Assembly (NCBI GenBank): GCA_039028615.1
Contig: JBCCHT010000005.1
Location: 128,001 to 192,000, forward strand
From: Myxococcota bacterium
GTDB taxonomy: Bacteria; Myxococcota_A; Polyangia; Nannocystales; Nannocystaceae
Reading direction: 5' to 3'
DNA: 64,000 nt
Program-made: the position numbers and the translations under genes
Part shown: piece by piece, positions 1-9,955 of the stretch
Layout: every line of letters begins with the position of its first letter
Numbering within the stretch: the stretch's first letter is position 1
Notes under the pieces: model-generated
Databases searched by the model: none
Seen by the model: the letters and a program-made list of their open reading frames with translations, nothing else
What the model was told of the DNA's origin: nothing

Positions 1-2310
1 GCCTTCGGACAGCTTGATGCGAGCGCCGCCCAGCAAGGTCGCGCCTTGCCGCAGGGTGTCGCGGGCGATCTGGCTCCACAGCTTGGCGAAGCCGCTCCAG
101 GTCAGCCAGCGCGCGGCCCAGCGATTCTTGGCATCGCTGGCGAACGCGGCAGTGCGACCCAGGCCCCGACGACCGCGAACGAGCAAGGGGTCGCCTTCGT
201 GGGTGCGCAGCAGGATCTCGGCCATGCGCTTGGCCTTGAGCGGCACGATGCCCCGCAGCCCAGGCGCGCGACCGAAGTCGAGGCCGCGCAGGGCCTGGAC
301 GTTCTTGGCGACCCGGGGCAGCAACGAGCGCTCGGCCACTGCGTTGCGGGTGACTTCGCGGGTCTCTCGGCTGAAGATCCGCGGGACGTCGGTGCCGTCG
401 TGGCTGTAGTAGAAGCGGCCGCGTCCGCGGGTGGCCACGCGTCGCAGCAGGTCCTTGCCTGCGCCCGCGCCCACGCCCACGCTCGAGACGGTGATGTCCG
501 CATCGCGCATGTCACCGATGAGCGCATTGATGCCGCCCTCGGGCGACTGGCCATCGGAGAGCAGGATGACGTGCTTGACCAGGGCGTTGCTGCCCGCGAG
601 CTGCAGGTAGGCCTCGCGCAGGGCGGGCAGGGCGTTGGTGCCTCCACCCGAGGCGAGGCGGCGGATGTCGCTGGCGATGCGGATCCGGTTGGAGGCGGGC
701 TGCAGTCGCACCAGCACGTGCGGCCGGGAGTCGAAGGCGATGACCCCGATCTCGTCGGTGGGGTCGAGGGTGCGCGCAGTGGCGCGGGCGGCCTCCTTGA
801 CTAGATCGAGCTTGTCCTCGGCGCTCATCGAGCCGCTCTTGTCGATGACGAGCACGAGGGCGAGCTTGGGTTGCTCGCGCTGACGCTCGCCCTCGAAGCG
901 CACGGGCAGCAGGCGCTCGATGGTGGTGCCGGCCCAGCCGCCCACGCCGAACGAGTTCTCGCCGCCGATCATGATGAAGCCGGCGCCGTAGTCCTGGACG
1001 TGGCGCTCGAGCGCCTGCCGGGCCCCGACCGCGACGCGACCGGCGGAGACGTCGTGCATCACCACCAGGTCGTAGGGGCGCAGGGCCTCGGGGGTCTCGG
1101 GCAACGACGACGGGTCGACCGCTTCGACCTCGAGATGATCGGAGCGCAGGGCCCGGGCGAGGGGAGAGCCCGCCGAGTCGCCGGCCAGCAGCACGCGGGG
1201 GCGACCGCGGACCTCGGCTGCGACCGCGGCCGCATCGTTGAGGGCGCTGCGGTTGTCGGCGGCGGACAGGGCCGAGGTGTCGAGGCTGGCCTTGAACACG
1301 ACCGGGCCGGCCTTGGTGACGCGGGCCTGCATGGAGACCTGCTGCTGGCCGCCCCGCAGCTTCACCTCGAGCGTGGGCGTCAGCTCGTTGGGCTCACCGT
1401 TCTGCTCGAGCGACAGCGTGAGGTCGTGAGGGGCGGTGGAGACCAGGTCGATGCGGACGTCGAAGGTCTGGCCGACCCGCAGCTCCTCGGGCAGGTGCAC
1501 GGCGGCGACCAGCACGTCCTCGCGTGCGGCGGGCGGGAAGGTGCGGGTGTGGAGACCGAGGCCGCTGGCTTCGAGCTCGCGCGCCACCACGCCGAGGTCC
1601 TCGCGCTCGGCCAGGCTGCCCGTGGCGTCGGAGACCAGCACGATCCGGCCCTCGGTATCGGGGTCGACGAGCGCGGCGGCCAGGCGGAGGGCGGCCGCGT
1701 GATCGCTGGCCAGGCCCTGCCCTTCGGGGCGCGTCATCGCTGCTTCGAGCTGCGCCTCGTCCTCGATCTCGTGCACGTAGGCCCGCTCGGCGTAGGTGAC
1801 CAGGGCCAGCCGGGTGCGGTCTTCTCGCTCGAGGTCGCGCTCGTCCTCGTCGCGGACTTGCTCGAGGCCCTTGGCGATGAGGGCTCGGGCCTCGGCGAGC
1901 TGGCCATCGTCGACGCTGTCGGAGACATCGACGACGAACACGACCGTCTTGCCGCGGATGGGGCTCTCGAGGCTGGGCAGGGTGAGGGCCAAGGCGACCG
2001 CCAGCAGCACCGCGAGGCGGGCGAGAAGCTGCAGGGCGAGCTGGAAGCGCGGCAGGTCGACCAGGGTCTGCCGCAGCGTGACCACCAGCAGCGGCAGCAC
2101 GGCGACGGGCATGAGCCACAGCGCCTCGGGATGGGCCAAGATGGCGTCGCGTTGCCCGGTATCCGACAGCTGCTCGGCCAGCCACTGCGGCAGGGTCACC
2201 ACCCACGAGCCCGGGCGCGGTCCGGCCACGAGCAGCGCGATGGCGGCACCCAGGCCCAGCGCGAGTGCGAGGGCAGCCTGTACGGCGGGGCGGCGAAACA
2301 CGTTGCTCAT
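1..2310 (-). CDS. Membrane-anchored tandem VWA-domain protein with glutamine-amidotransferase-like domain (3' end runs off the window)
   Basis: Not in ORF track; translated by hand from ATG at 2310 (overlaps upstream TGA): MSNVFRRPAVQAALALALGLG..., two MIDAS motifs (VFVVDVSDS, LVLVIDKSGSM), KHVILLSDG, GAGFIMIGGENSFGVGGW; frame appears open to base 1. Confidence 0.85.
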   Translation of the reverse strand, partial: MSNVFRRPAVQAALALALGLGAAIALLVAGPRPGSWVVTLPQWLAEQLSDTGQRDAILAHPEALWLMPVAVLPLLVVTLRQTLVDLPRFQLALQLLARLAVLLAVALALTLPSLESPIRGKTVVFVVDVSDSVDDGQLAEARALIAKGLEQVRDEDERDLEREDRTRLALVTYAERAYVHEIEDEAQLEAAMTRPEGQGLASDHAAALRLAAALVDPDTEGRIVLVSDATGSLAEREDLGVVARELEASGLGLHTRTFPPAAREDVLVAAVHLPEELRVGQTFDVRIDLVSTAPHDLTLSLEQNGEPNELTPTLEVKLRGGQQQVSMQARVTKAGPVVFKASLDTSALSAADNRSALNDAAAVAAEVRGRPRVLLAGDSAGSPLARALRSDHLEVEAVDPSSLPETPEALRPYDLVVMHDVSAGRVAVGARQALERHVQDYGAGFIMIGGENSFGVGGWAGTTIERLLPVRFEGERQREQPKLALVLVIDKSGSMSAEDKLDLVKEAARATARTLDPTDEIGVIAFDSRPHVLVRLQPASNRIRIASDIRRLASGGGTNALPALREAYLQLAGSNALVKHVILLSDGQSPEGGINALIGDMRDADITVSSVGVGAGAGKDLLRRVATRGRGRFYYSHDGTDVPRIFSRETREVTRNAVAERSLLPRVAKNVQALRGLDFGRAPGLRGIVPLKAKRMAEILLRTHEGDPLLVRGRRGLGRTAAFASDAKNRWAARWLTWSGFAKLWSQIARDTLRQGATLLGGARIKLSEG

Positions 2311-4277
2311 ACCGTGACCCTCCGGTGGTAGCTGGCCCATTCGAAGGCCACGAGCCCGGCGACGACGAGCATGACCAGCGTCCACAGGGGACCTTGGGGC
2401 AGCAGGGGGTCGGGCTCGGGGGCGGCCGGCGGCGGCGTGTCGGCGGCGGTGGGCAGGTCTCGTTCGCCGATCTGATCGTGCAGGTCGGAGGCGTGCAGGC
2501 TCGCCTGGTTCACGGCCAGTTCGACCGAGGCGCCGGCCAGGGGCCCGTCGACGGCCTCGATGGCGTAGAACCCGGGCACGAGGGCGCGCAGGCGGAAGCG
2601 GCCCTTGTCGACCGGAAGGGTGCTGGTGCCCTGCGGCCCGGTGACCTCGACGCGGCGCACCCCTTCGGGGGCGAGGCCGAGGTCGGCCAGGGCGAGCTCA
2701 CGGTGGGCACCCACGGGGACGCTGGCCACGAAACCCGCCTCGCGCTGCTCGAAGTAACGGATGAGGTTGTCGACCAGCATGGGGAAGGCCATGCGCATGG
2801 GCAGGTCGGACTGGCGGGGGTCGAACCCGAAGGCGACGGTGGTGTGTTCGGCCTCGCGGAGCACCCCGATGGGATCGCCGATGCTGCGCACGAGGACTTG
2901 GTCGCCGGGGATGGTCTCGAAGGTGGTGCCGCGGGCGATGTTGACGTCCTTGAACACCACATGGTCGAGCGCGGGATGCTCTTTGCTCTGCTCGGTCAAG
3001 AAGGGGCGAGCGACGTCCGCCTTCTTGGTGATGAGGCTCGGCGAGCTCTCGTGCCGCCAGGGATCGAAGAACACGGTGTGGGCGTCGGGCAGCGTATCGG
3101 GCAGGGTCTCGCCGCCGACGTCGAAGAACACCACGTCGGCCTCGGAAAGCTCGCTTTGGCCCTCGCGAGCGGACTGCGGGTCCATGCCGGTCAGGCGCAC
3201 GTGGTCGTCGAGCACCAGCAGGGCAGCCTCGAGAAACAGGTTGTTGCCATCGGTGACCAGCACGACGTCGAGCGGCGTCAGGGGGGGCACGACCGCGTAG
3301 GCCTCGTCGTCGTGCGGCAGCCCGAAGGCGCGGTCGCTGCCGTCCTCGCGGGTCAGGCGGGCGACGAAGCGGGAGCGGGCGGCATCGAGATCGCTGAGGA
3401 CCTCTCGCTTGCTCTCACCGGGCTCGAGCCGCAGCGTTCGCGGGGCACCCACGGGGGCGTCGTCGGCCTCGACGGTGAGCACGACCTTGGTGGGGGTGTC
3501 GCCCAGGTTGTGGACCTCGGTGAGCACCTCGATCCGGTCGCGGGCGTAGGGATAGCGGCGCGCCGCGAAGGCCGTGATCGCGACGTTGTCGGTGGGCCCG
3601 CTGACCCGCACCATCTCGCAGGGGATGGGCCCGGCGGCGCATTGTTGCAGCGCCTCGATGCCCGCGGGGTCGAGCGCACCGTCGGTGAGCACGAGGATCC
3701 GCGGCCCGGGGCGCTCGCCCACGACGTGGCTGGCCAGCGCCAGCGCCCGGCCGAGGTCCGCTTCGCCGTGATGGGATTTGAGGCGGTGCAGCCCCGGCAC
3801 CAGCCCCGCCGGGTCATTCGACAGCGGGGCGGCCACGGTGACCTCTTCGCTGGCGCCGATGATCACCGCTCGGTCCGCGGGACCCAGCGCCAGGACCTCC
3901 TGCTCGGCTCGACGCCGCGCCAGATCGAGGCGGTCGGTATCCGGCTCGTCGGGGGCGGGGGCGGACATGCTGGCCGAGGTGTCGACCACGATGGCCAGGC
4001 TCACCGGATCGCGCAGCCACACTTCGGGGCGAGGATCGCCGAGCGACACGCAGATGAGCGCGAGCACCAGCAGCTGCAACAGCCACGAAAGCAGGCGCCG
4101 CAGCTTTCGCCACAGGCGTCGGCTCTCGCTCTCGCGGGTGACCCGATCCCACAGCGCGGCGAACGGCACCTCGAGCTGGCGACGCCGCATGCGGAGCAAG
4201 TAGAGCCCCGTGATCGCCACTGCCCCGGCCGCGAACAGCGGCCACATCTGGGCGAGGGTCCACCCCGCGAAGGTCAC
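2307..4277 (-). CDS. BatA-like N-terminal double-TM plus VWA domain protein
   Basis: GTG at 4277 overlapping the DUF58 stop; N-terminal LYLLRMRRR..VPF..LW..LLQLL motif, MIDAS IVVDTSASM and LVLTDG, C-terminal TM ending FEWASYHRR. Confidence 0.85.
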   Translation of the reverse strand: MTFAGWTLAQMWPLFAAGAVAITGLYLLRMRRRQLEVPFAALWDRVTRESESRRLWRKLRRLLSWLLQLLVLALICVSLGDPRPEVWLRDPVSLAIVVDTSASMSAPAPDEPDTDRLDLARRRAEQEVLALGPADRAVIIGASEEVTVAAPLSNDPAGLVPGLHRLKSHHGEADLGRALALASHVVGERPGPRILVLTDGALDPAGIEALQQCAAGPIPCEMVRVSGPTDNVAITAFAARRYPYARDRIEVLTEVHNLGDTPTKVVLTVEADDAPVGAPRTLRLEPGESKREVLSDLDAARSRFVARLTREDGSDRAFGLPHDDEAYAVVPPLTPLDVVLVTDGNNLFLEAALLVLDDHVRLTGMDPQSAREGQSELSEADVVFFDVGGETLPDTLPDAHTVFFDPWRHESSPSLITKKADVARPFLTEQSKEHPALDHVVFKDVNIARGTTFETIPGDQVLVRSIGDPIGVLREAEHTTVAFGFDPRQSDLPMRMAFPMLVDNLIRYFEQREAGFVASVPVGAHRELALADLGLAPEGVRRVEVTGPQGTSTLPVDKGRFRLRALVPGFYAIEAVDGPLAGASVELAVNQASLHASDLHDQIGERDLPTAADTPPPAAPEPDPLLPQGPLWTLVMLVVAGLVAFEWASYHRRVTV

Positions 4278-5215
4278 CGCAGGATTCCTCCCTGCCGGAA
4301 TAGCCGCAGCACCATGTCGTCGAAGGGCACGTCGACCGGGGCCTGTGCCAGGTAGATGCCGCGCGAGCGACAGCTGGCCTCGAGCTGCTCGCAGAAGCGA
4401 CGGTGGGCGTCGGCGTAGGCCCGCAGCGTGCGAGGCGATAGCGTGACGTCGCGGCCGTTGCCGCCCTCGACGTCGACCAAGCGCAGGTCGCCGCGCAGCC
4501 CGGACTCCACGGGGTCGGCCTCGACGGGATCGATGACCTGCACCGCGACCGGCTCGTGCTTGCGGAAGCGGAGCATGTTGAGGCCTTCGAAGGCGCCCTC
4601 GAGGTCGTAGAAGTCGCTGAGCACCACGGTGAGGCCGGGCTGCCGGCTCTCGGCCGCGACCCGCTTGCACATGGCGCGGATGTCGGTGGGGCCGCCGCGC
4701 TCGGAGCTCTTGAGGAACTCGAAGACGCGGAAGATTCGGCCCTTGCCGCGCACGGCGGGCAGCGTGGCGTGGTGCTTGCCCGAGGCGCAGGTGATGCCCA
4801 CGCGGTCGAGGTTGGCCAGGCCCACGTAGGCCAGCGCGGCGCCGACCTGCATCGCGTAGCGCAGCTTGGCGTTTTGGCGGGTCCGCATGGACTCGCTGAC
4901 GTCGATGATGACGCGGATCGGCAGGTCTTCGTCTTCCTCGAACAGCCGGATCAGCGACTGACGCAGCCGCATGTACACCGTCCAGTCGAGGTAGCGGATG
5001 TCGTCGCCCGGCGAGTACTCGCGGTGGTCGGCGAACTCCTGGCCGCTACCGACCTTGCGGGTCTTTCGCTCGGCGCGCTGGCGACCGCGAAAGAGCCGAC
5101 GAGCCACGACCTGTAGAAGCTCGAGGCGCTCGAGGAACGCCTCGTCGAAGAGGTCGTCCTCGTCCTGCACCGCCGCCGCGGGGCGGCGAGACAATAGCCG
5201 GTCGGCCCAACCCAT
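4274..5215 (-). CDS. DUF58 family protein (MoxR partner)
   Basis: GSGQEFADHREYSPGDDIRYLDW signature; IIDVSESM; VVLSDF; ATG at 5215 overlaps the MoxR stop. Confidence 0.9.
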   Translation of the reverse strand: MGWADRLLSRRPAAAVQDEDDLFDEAFLERLELLQVVARRLFRGRQRAERKTRKVGSGQEFADHREYSPGDDIRYLDWTVYMRLRQSLIRLFEEDEDLPIRVIIDVSESMRTRQNAKLRYAMQVGAALAYVGLANLDRVGITCASGKHHATLPAVRGKGRIFRVFEFLKSSERGGPTDIRAMCKRVAAESRQPGLTVVLSDFYDLEGAFEGLNMLRFRKHEPVAVQVIDPVEADPVESGLRGDLRLVDVEGGNGRDVTLSPRTLRAYADAHRRFCEQLEASCRSRGIYLAQAPVDVPFDDMVLRLFRQGGILR

Positions 5216-6228
5216 CAGTCGGTGGGAACGGCGGCGAGGACCTGCTCGAGGCAGTCGTCGATCTTGATGCCCTCGGCCTCGCCCTCGAAGCCCAGGATGA
5301 CGCGATGACGTAGTGCGGAGGGGGCCACCGCGCGGACGTCTTCGATGGAGGGGGACAGGCGGCCCTGCAGGCAGCACCGCACGCGGGCGGCCAGCAGCAT
5401 GGACTGCGCACCACGGGGACTGCCGCCGAAGCGGACGTAGCGCTTGACCAGCTCGGGGGCGTTGGCGTCGTCGGGATGGGTGGCCCGGAGCACGCGCACC
5501 ACGTAGCGGGTGAGGCTGTCGGCGACCGGGATGGCCCGCACCAGCTCACGCATCTCGAGCAGGCGCTCGGCATCCAAGACCGGCTGCACCTTCTGGGTCT
5601 CGGAGCCCGTGGTGCGGTTGAGGATGGCCATGAGGTCCTCCTCGCCGGGGAAGTCGACGTGAATCTTGAACAGGAAGCGGTCGAGCTGCGCCTCGGGCAG
5701 CGGGTAGGTGCCTTCCATCTCCAGCGGGTTTTGGGTGGCCAGCACCAGGAAGGGCACGGGCAGGGGGCGAGTCTGGCCGCCCGCGGTGACCGTGCCTTCG
5801 GCCATGGCCTCGAGCAGCGCGGACTGGGTCTTGGGCGTGGCCCGGTTGACCTCGTCGGCGAGCACGATGTTGGAGAAGATGGGGCCCGGCTGGTACTCGA
5901 GCCGCGACCCCGCGCTCATGCCCTCTTCGCTCTGCACGAGCACCGAGGTGCCCACGATGTCGGCGGGCATGAGGTCGGGGGTGAACTGGATGCGCGCGAA
6001 GTCGAGGTGGACGGCCTCGGCCAGCGTGCGGATGAGCAGGGTCTTGCCCAGCCCGGGGACGCCCTCGAGCAGGCCGTGGCCGCCCGCCAGGAGGCAGGTG
6101 GCGACCCCTTCGATGACGCGGTCCTGGCCCACGATGACGCGTTGGACCTCGGCGACCAGGTTTTGAAGATCGTCCTGCAGGGCCTGCAGAGCGGTTTGAG
6201 TCTCGGCGGTGGTGATCGCGGTAGGCAT
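5215..6228 (-). CDS. moxR: MoxR family AAA+ ATPase
   Basis: Walker A EGVPGLGKT, RIQFTPDLMPADI, Walker B LADEVNRATPKTQSALLEAM, ATQNPLEMEGTYPLPEAQLDRF. Confidence 0.95.
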   Translation of the reverse strand: MPTAITTAETQTALQALQDDLQNLVAEVQRVIVGQDRVIEGVATCLLAGGHGLLEGVPGLGKTLLIRTLAEAVHLDFARIQFTPDLMPADIVGTSVLVQSEEGMSAGSRLEYQPGPIFSNIVLADEVNRATPKTQSALLEAMAEGTVTAGGQTRPLPVPFLVLATQNPLEMEGTYPLPEAQLDRFLFKIHVDFPGEEDLMAILNRTTGSETQKVQPVLDAERLLEMRELVRAIPVADSLTRYVVRVLRATHPDDANAPELVKRYVRFGGSPRGAQSMLLAARVRCCLQGRLSPSIEDVRAVAPSALRHRVILGFEGEAEGIKIDDCLEQVLAAVPTD

Positions 6229-6298
6229 GCGAAAGCGAAGCGGCGGTCGAGATGGGAAGGAGGGGGGGAACCTCGCGAGCGGACGGGGAGGGGACCGG

Positions 6299-8308
6299 TC
6301 AGTCTCGGGGTTGGATGAGCTGGTAGTAGCGCTTGATGCGGCGGCGGGCGGCCGCAGGCAGGGACTCGTTGTCGATCGCGCTCTGGGCGAAGCCTCGGTA
6401 GTCCTTGAAGACCTCGCGGTAGGGCTCGGTGGCGAAGCCCTTTTGGCTGGCATCGCGGATGATCTCGGCTCGGCTGACGCCGCGGCCCTGCTTGGCTTTG
6501 ACCCGCAGATTCCGCTTGTTGGTTCGCATGGTCGAATCTTCGCCCAGCGGGTCGAAGGAGCCTTCGCCCGCGCCGTCGGTGGCGCTCTCGCCCATGCCCA
6601 TGCCTTGGGCCTGACCTTGCCCTTGGCCTTGTCCGTCGCCTTGACCCTGGCCGTCGCCCTGGCCCTGTCCGTCGCCCTGGCCTTGGCCCTGGCCTTCGCC
6701 CTCACCCTGGCCCTGGCCTTCGCCGGGCTGGATCATCTGGTTTTGGCCCTGGCCTTGGCCTTCTCCGGGCATCTCCACCATGCCTTGGGCCTGGCCTTCG
6801 CCGACCTTGCCCTCGACCAGGAGCGTGGACTTGCCTTTGCCCTTGCCCTTGCCGTCTTGGCCCTTGCCGTCTTTGCCTCGCTGACCCTTGGCGGCCTTGG
6901 AGAACCGCTTCATCTGCTGGCGACGACGCTGCTGGCCCTCGCCCTGCTGACCGGCGCGACGAACGACGCTCTTGGCCTCGTCGAGGTTGTCGCGGGCCTG
7001 CCCCATGCGCTGCTGTCGCTGGGCGGTGCGGCTGGCGTTTTTCATGCCGCGACCGAGCTTCTCGAGCGAGCGCTTGCGCTTTTGCGGCGAGCTGCCCTGG
7101 CGGGCGGCATCTTTGGCCTGGCGGCGGAGCTTCTCGAGCTGGTCGCGGGCCTTTTGCTCGCGCTTTTGCTGACGGCGAAGCTTCTCGACCTCGTCCTTCA
7201 TGCGCTTGAGCCGACGCTCCTTTTCCTGCTGCTCCTCGGGAGTCTTGGCCTCTTTTTTCTGCTCGCGACGGAGCCGACGCTCGGCCTCGTCGAGCTTCTT
7301 GTCGGTCTCGCTCTTCTTCTTGGCCGCCTTGGACAGCCGACGCTCGGCTTCTTGCAGGGCCTTGTCGAGCTCTTCTTTGGCCTTGGCTTCGTTCTCGGCC
7401 TGCTCGGCTGCGTCGGCGAGCGCCTTTTCGGCTTCTTCGCCGTCCCCGCGGTCGAGCGCGGCGGCGGTCTCTTCGGTGACCTCTTGTTGCTCGAGCGCCC
7501 CAGCCAGCTCGCGCATGGCCTCGGCCAGCATGGCGGGGTCTTCCTCGAGCTCGGCGTTCCAGCGCTCTTCGGCGTCGGCGAGGAGCTGCTCGAGCTCTTC
7601 GAGCCGCTCGAGCGCGGTGGCGCGGTCGATCTCGCCGTCCTCGAGCGCCTCGAGCACGTCGAGAATGGCCTCGGCCAGCTCGGCCGGGGTGTCTTGATTC
7701 GCCGCCGCCAGGTCCCGCAGGTTCTCGCGCAGGGGCTCGGCCAGCGACAGGTCGTGCCGGGGATGCCGAACCTCGCGATCGATCTCGATGACGATGGGCT
7801 CGGGGTCTTCGAAGGGGACGGGCGGATCGGGCGGAGGCACGAACATCGCCCCCACCGCGGCGGCTACGGCCAGCCCATCGCTCCAGCGCGGCGGCGGGAC
7901 CCGCAGCGGGACCACGGGGCGCGGGTCGAGGTCGGCGGCGAGGGTCTGAGCTCGCTGTTGCAGCAGGGCGACGATGCCCGCGGTGCGAGCGTCCTGCTCA
8001 CGGGGCGGCGTGCGCTGCAGCTCGACCGCATTGCCCAGCTGGTCGTCGAGACCGTAGTGCGTGTCGACGCGGCGGGCCGTCTCTCGCCAGGCGTGGCGCC
8101 GCAGGCCGGCCCACAGCAGCACGGCGGGTACGGGCAGGGCGGTCAGCCATAGAAGCTCGGAGGGCGCCTCGAAGCGCCGCACGGCGACGAGGCCCACGGC
8201 CGCGATCCACAGCCCTGCAGGCAGGGCGATCCTGGCCAGCGCCCACGCGGCATCCGCCACCCGACGGCGGCGCTCGACCGAGGCCAATAGCCGCTGCACT
8301 GCGCTCAA
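6299..8308 (-). CDS. Membrane-anchored long coiled-coil protein with Gly/Gln-rich tail (MoxR-operon accessory)
   Basis: TTG at 8308 overlapping upstream stop; 3 predicted TMs, E/K/Q/R heptads, GQGQG repeats, C-terminal LPAAARRRIKRYYQLI. Confidence 0.75.
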   Translation of the reverse strand: MSAVQRLLASVERRRRVADAAWALARIALPAGLWIAAVGLVAVRRFEAPSELLWLTALPVPAVLLWAGLRRHAWRETARRVDTHYGLDDQLGNAVELQRTPPREQDARTAGIVALLQQRAQTLAADLDPRPVVPLRVPPPRWSDGLAVAAAVGAMFVPPPDPPVPFEDPEPIVIEIDREVRHPRHDLSLAEPLRENLRDLAAANQDTPAELAEAILDVLEALEDGEIDRATALERLEELEQLLADAEERWNAELEEDPAMLAEAMRELAGALEQQEVTEETAAALDRGDGEEAEKALADAAEQAENEAKAKEELDKALQEAERRLSKAAKKKSETDKKLDEAERRLRREQKKEAKTPEEQQEKERRLKRMKDEVEKLRRQQKREQKARDQLEKLRRQAKDAARQGSSPQKRKRSLEKLGRGMKNASRTAQRQQRMGQARDNLDEAKSVVRRAGQQGEGQQRRRQQMKRFSKAAKGQRGKDGKGQDGKGKGKGKSTLLVEGKVGEGQAQGMVEMPGEGQGQGQNQMIQPGEGQGQGEGEGQGQGQGDGQGQGDGQGQGDGQGQGQGQAQGMGMGESATDGAGEGSFDPLGEDSTMRTNKRNLRVKAKQGRGVSRAEIIRDASQKGFATEPYREVFKDYRGFAQSAIDNESLPAAARRRIKRYYQLIQPRD
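6607..6725 (-). repeat. Coding tandem repeat (GQGQG[DE])n
   Basis: Imperfect 6/18-bp repeats encoding GEGQGQGEGEGQGQGQGDGQGQGDGQGQGDGQGQGQGQAQG. Confidence 0.8.
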
Positions 8309-9798
8309 TTGCGACCCCTTCGTCGGCGACGGCGGTTTTGCGTGTGCACGCCCTTCCACGCGGTGGACACGAGCGTGGACGCGTCGAGCTCGGGCGGGAT
8401 TCCCGTGGCGAACAAAACTTCATCGCCCCGCCGGTCGATGGCGTGGTCGGGGACCTCTTCTTCCAGGTACGCGCGGAAGACCTCCTCGAACTCCTGCGCG
8501 TCACGGTCGCTGTCCCACACGATGACGCCCACGACCAGAGGAACGTCCCAGGCCTCGTCCCCCTGACGGTTGACGGCCACATAATGATCGCCGCCCCATC
8601 CCGCGGCCGCTCGCCGGGCGACGGTGGAGGGCTCGGCCTGGGCCAGCATGCTCAGCAGCTCGGCCTCGCCGAGGTTGTCGTGCCACAGCAGCTTGGCGCC
8701 GGGGACGATGCGCTCGAGCACACCTACATCCATCTTGGTGGCGATGGGCGCCTCGCGGGCCAGCAGCTTGTCGATGTGCAACATCTGTTCGGTGGACTCG
8801 GGCAAGCGCTCGTATAGGGCATCGACCGCGCTCCAGCCCTTGTCGCGCACCAGCCGGGCCACGGTGGCGGTGCCGTCGGCGTAGGGAAGCTGGAGTGAAC
8901 GGACCAGCACCGGGTAGGGAGAGACCATGTCGGCCATGTCGAGGACCTGGTTGCCCATGGCGTCGAGCACCGCGTCGTCGATGGCCTCCAGCCCCATGGT
9001 GCCGCTGACCCACGCCAAATACGTGGCCTGCGCCCCGCCCTCGATGAGGAAGCGGCGGGCGCTCTCCTCGTCGTTGCGGTGCAACAACGGCTCTTGGTGC
9101 TTGTTGAGGTCGAAATGCATGTCTTGGAGCCCATGGGCGATCTCGTGGCCCACGACCATGCTGAGGGTGACCTTGTCAACGAAGTCACCGATGAAGAGGG
9201 TCTTTTCCTTCGGGTCGTAAAACCCGGCGACCCCATCTTCGAGCATGTCCAAGATGATCTGTTCGGGGTCGGCGTCGCGGGGAATCACGCCCATGCTGGC
9301 TTGGACCCGCCCCAGCATCTGAAGGTGTTCGGGCGTGGTGTGGTCGTACATCGAGTCCTTCGCGAACTCGCGAATGCCCTGCTTGCTGACCACATCCACA
9401 TTCACGGATCCGGTGACCGCCAGGTTCCGGGCCTGCGCCACCTCGTCGAGGATGCGCTTGGCTTCGGCCTGGGCCGTCTCGGAGTCGAGCCAGCTCTCCT
9501 CTTCGTCGCCGGTCTCCGTCGACGGGGGCTCGGACGGGGTTTTGGCGACAGGCCCCGGAGATGTCGGCTCCGCGGGCGTTGCGCTGGTCGGAGGCGTGGT
9601 GGCCGGCGGTGGCGTGGCCGCGGGACAGCCCGCGAGCATGCCCGCCGTGCACAGACCGATCAGGCCGCGACCGAGGATCGGGCGATGGACGGTCTCCCTC
9701 GGTGCGCCGAGCGGGGTGGCTGCACGGGAAGCGAGGGCGGACTCGGGACGGTGGGCGGGGTCGATCACGGGCGAGAGGTGTCGTGGAGGGTCGACCAC
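8305..9798 (-). CDS. Lipoprotein, zincin-like metallopeptidase (HEXXH); start uncertain
   Basis: Lipobox MLAGC, Pro/Thr linker, VVGHEIAHGLQD with downstream LIEGGA as candidate third ligand. Confidence 0.7.
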   Translation of the reverse strand: MVDPPRHLSPVIDPAHRPESALASRAATPLGAPRETVHRPILGRGLIGLCTAGMLAGCPAATPPPATTPPTSATPAEPTSPGPVAKTPSEPPSTETGDEEESWLDSETAQAEAKRILDEVAQARNLAVTGSVNVDVVSKQGIREFAKDSMYDHTTPEHLQMLGRVQASMGVIPRDADPEQIILDMLEDGVAGFYDPKEKTLFIGDFVDKVTLSMVVGHEIAHGLQDMHFDLNKHQEPLLHRNDEESARRFLIEGGAQATYLAWVSGTMGLEAIDDAVLDAMGNQVLDMADMVSPYPVLVRSLQLPYADGTATVARLVRDKGWSAVDALYERLPESTEQMLHIDKLLAREAPIATKMDVGVLERIVPGAKLLWHDNLGEAELLSMLAQAEPSTVARRAAAGWGGDHYVAVNRQGDEAWDVPLVVGVIVWDSDRDAQEFEEVFRAYLEEEVPDHAIDRRGDEVLFATGIPPELDASTLVSTAWKGVHTQNRRRRRRGRN

Positions 9799-9955
9799 GC
9801 ATGGCTAGCGTAGCTGCGCGTTGGTGACGCGGCTACACGGGCGCAGACCCCTGGCTTCAAGTCCCAGACATCATGTCGCTTTTGCCCAATTGAAGAACGC
9901 GGCGACCCCCGTGCTGAGGGCCGCCGCGCCGCGACTCGTTGCCGTCCTGGCTCTA

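Noticed and set aside
46..8152. Long plus-strand ORFs (871-2331, 2265-4355, 6209-8152)
   Set aside because: Antisense shadows of the MoxR/VWA operon, expected in high-GC DNA; no protein motifs
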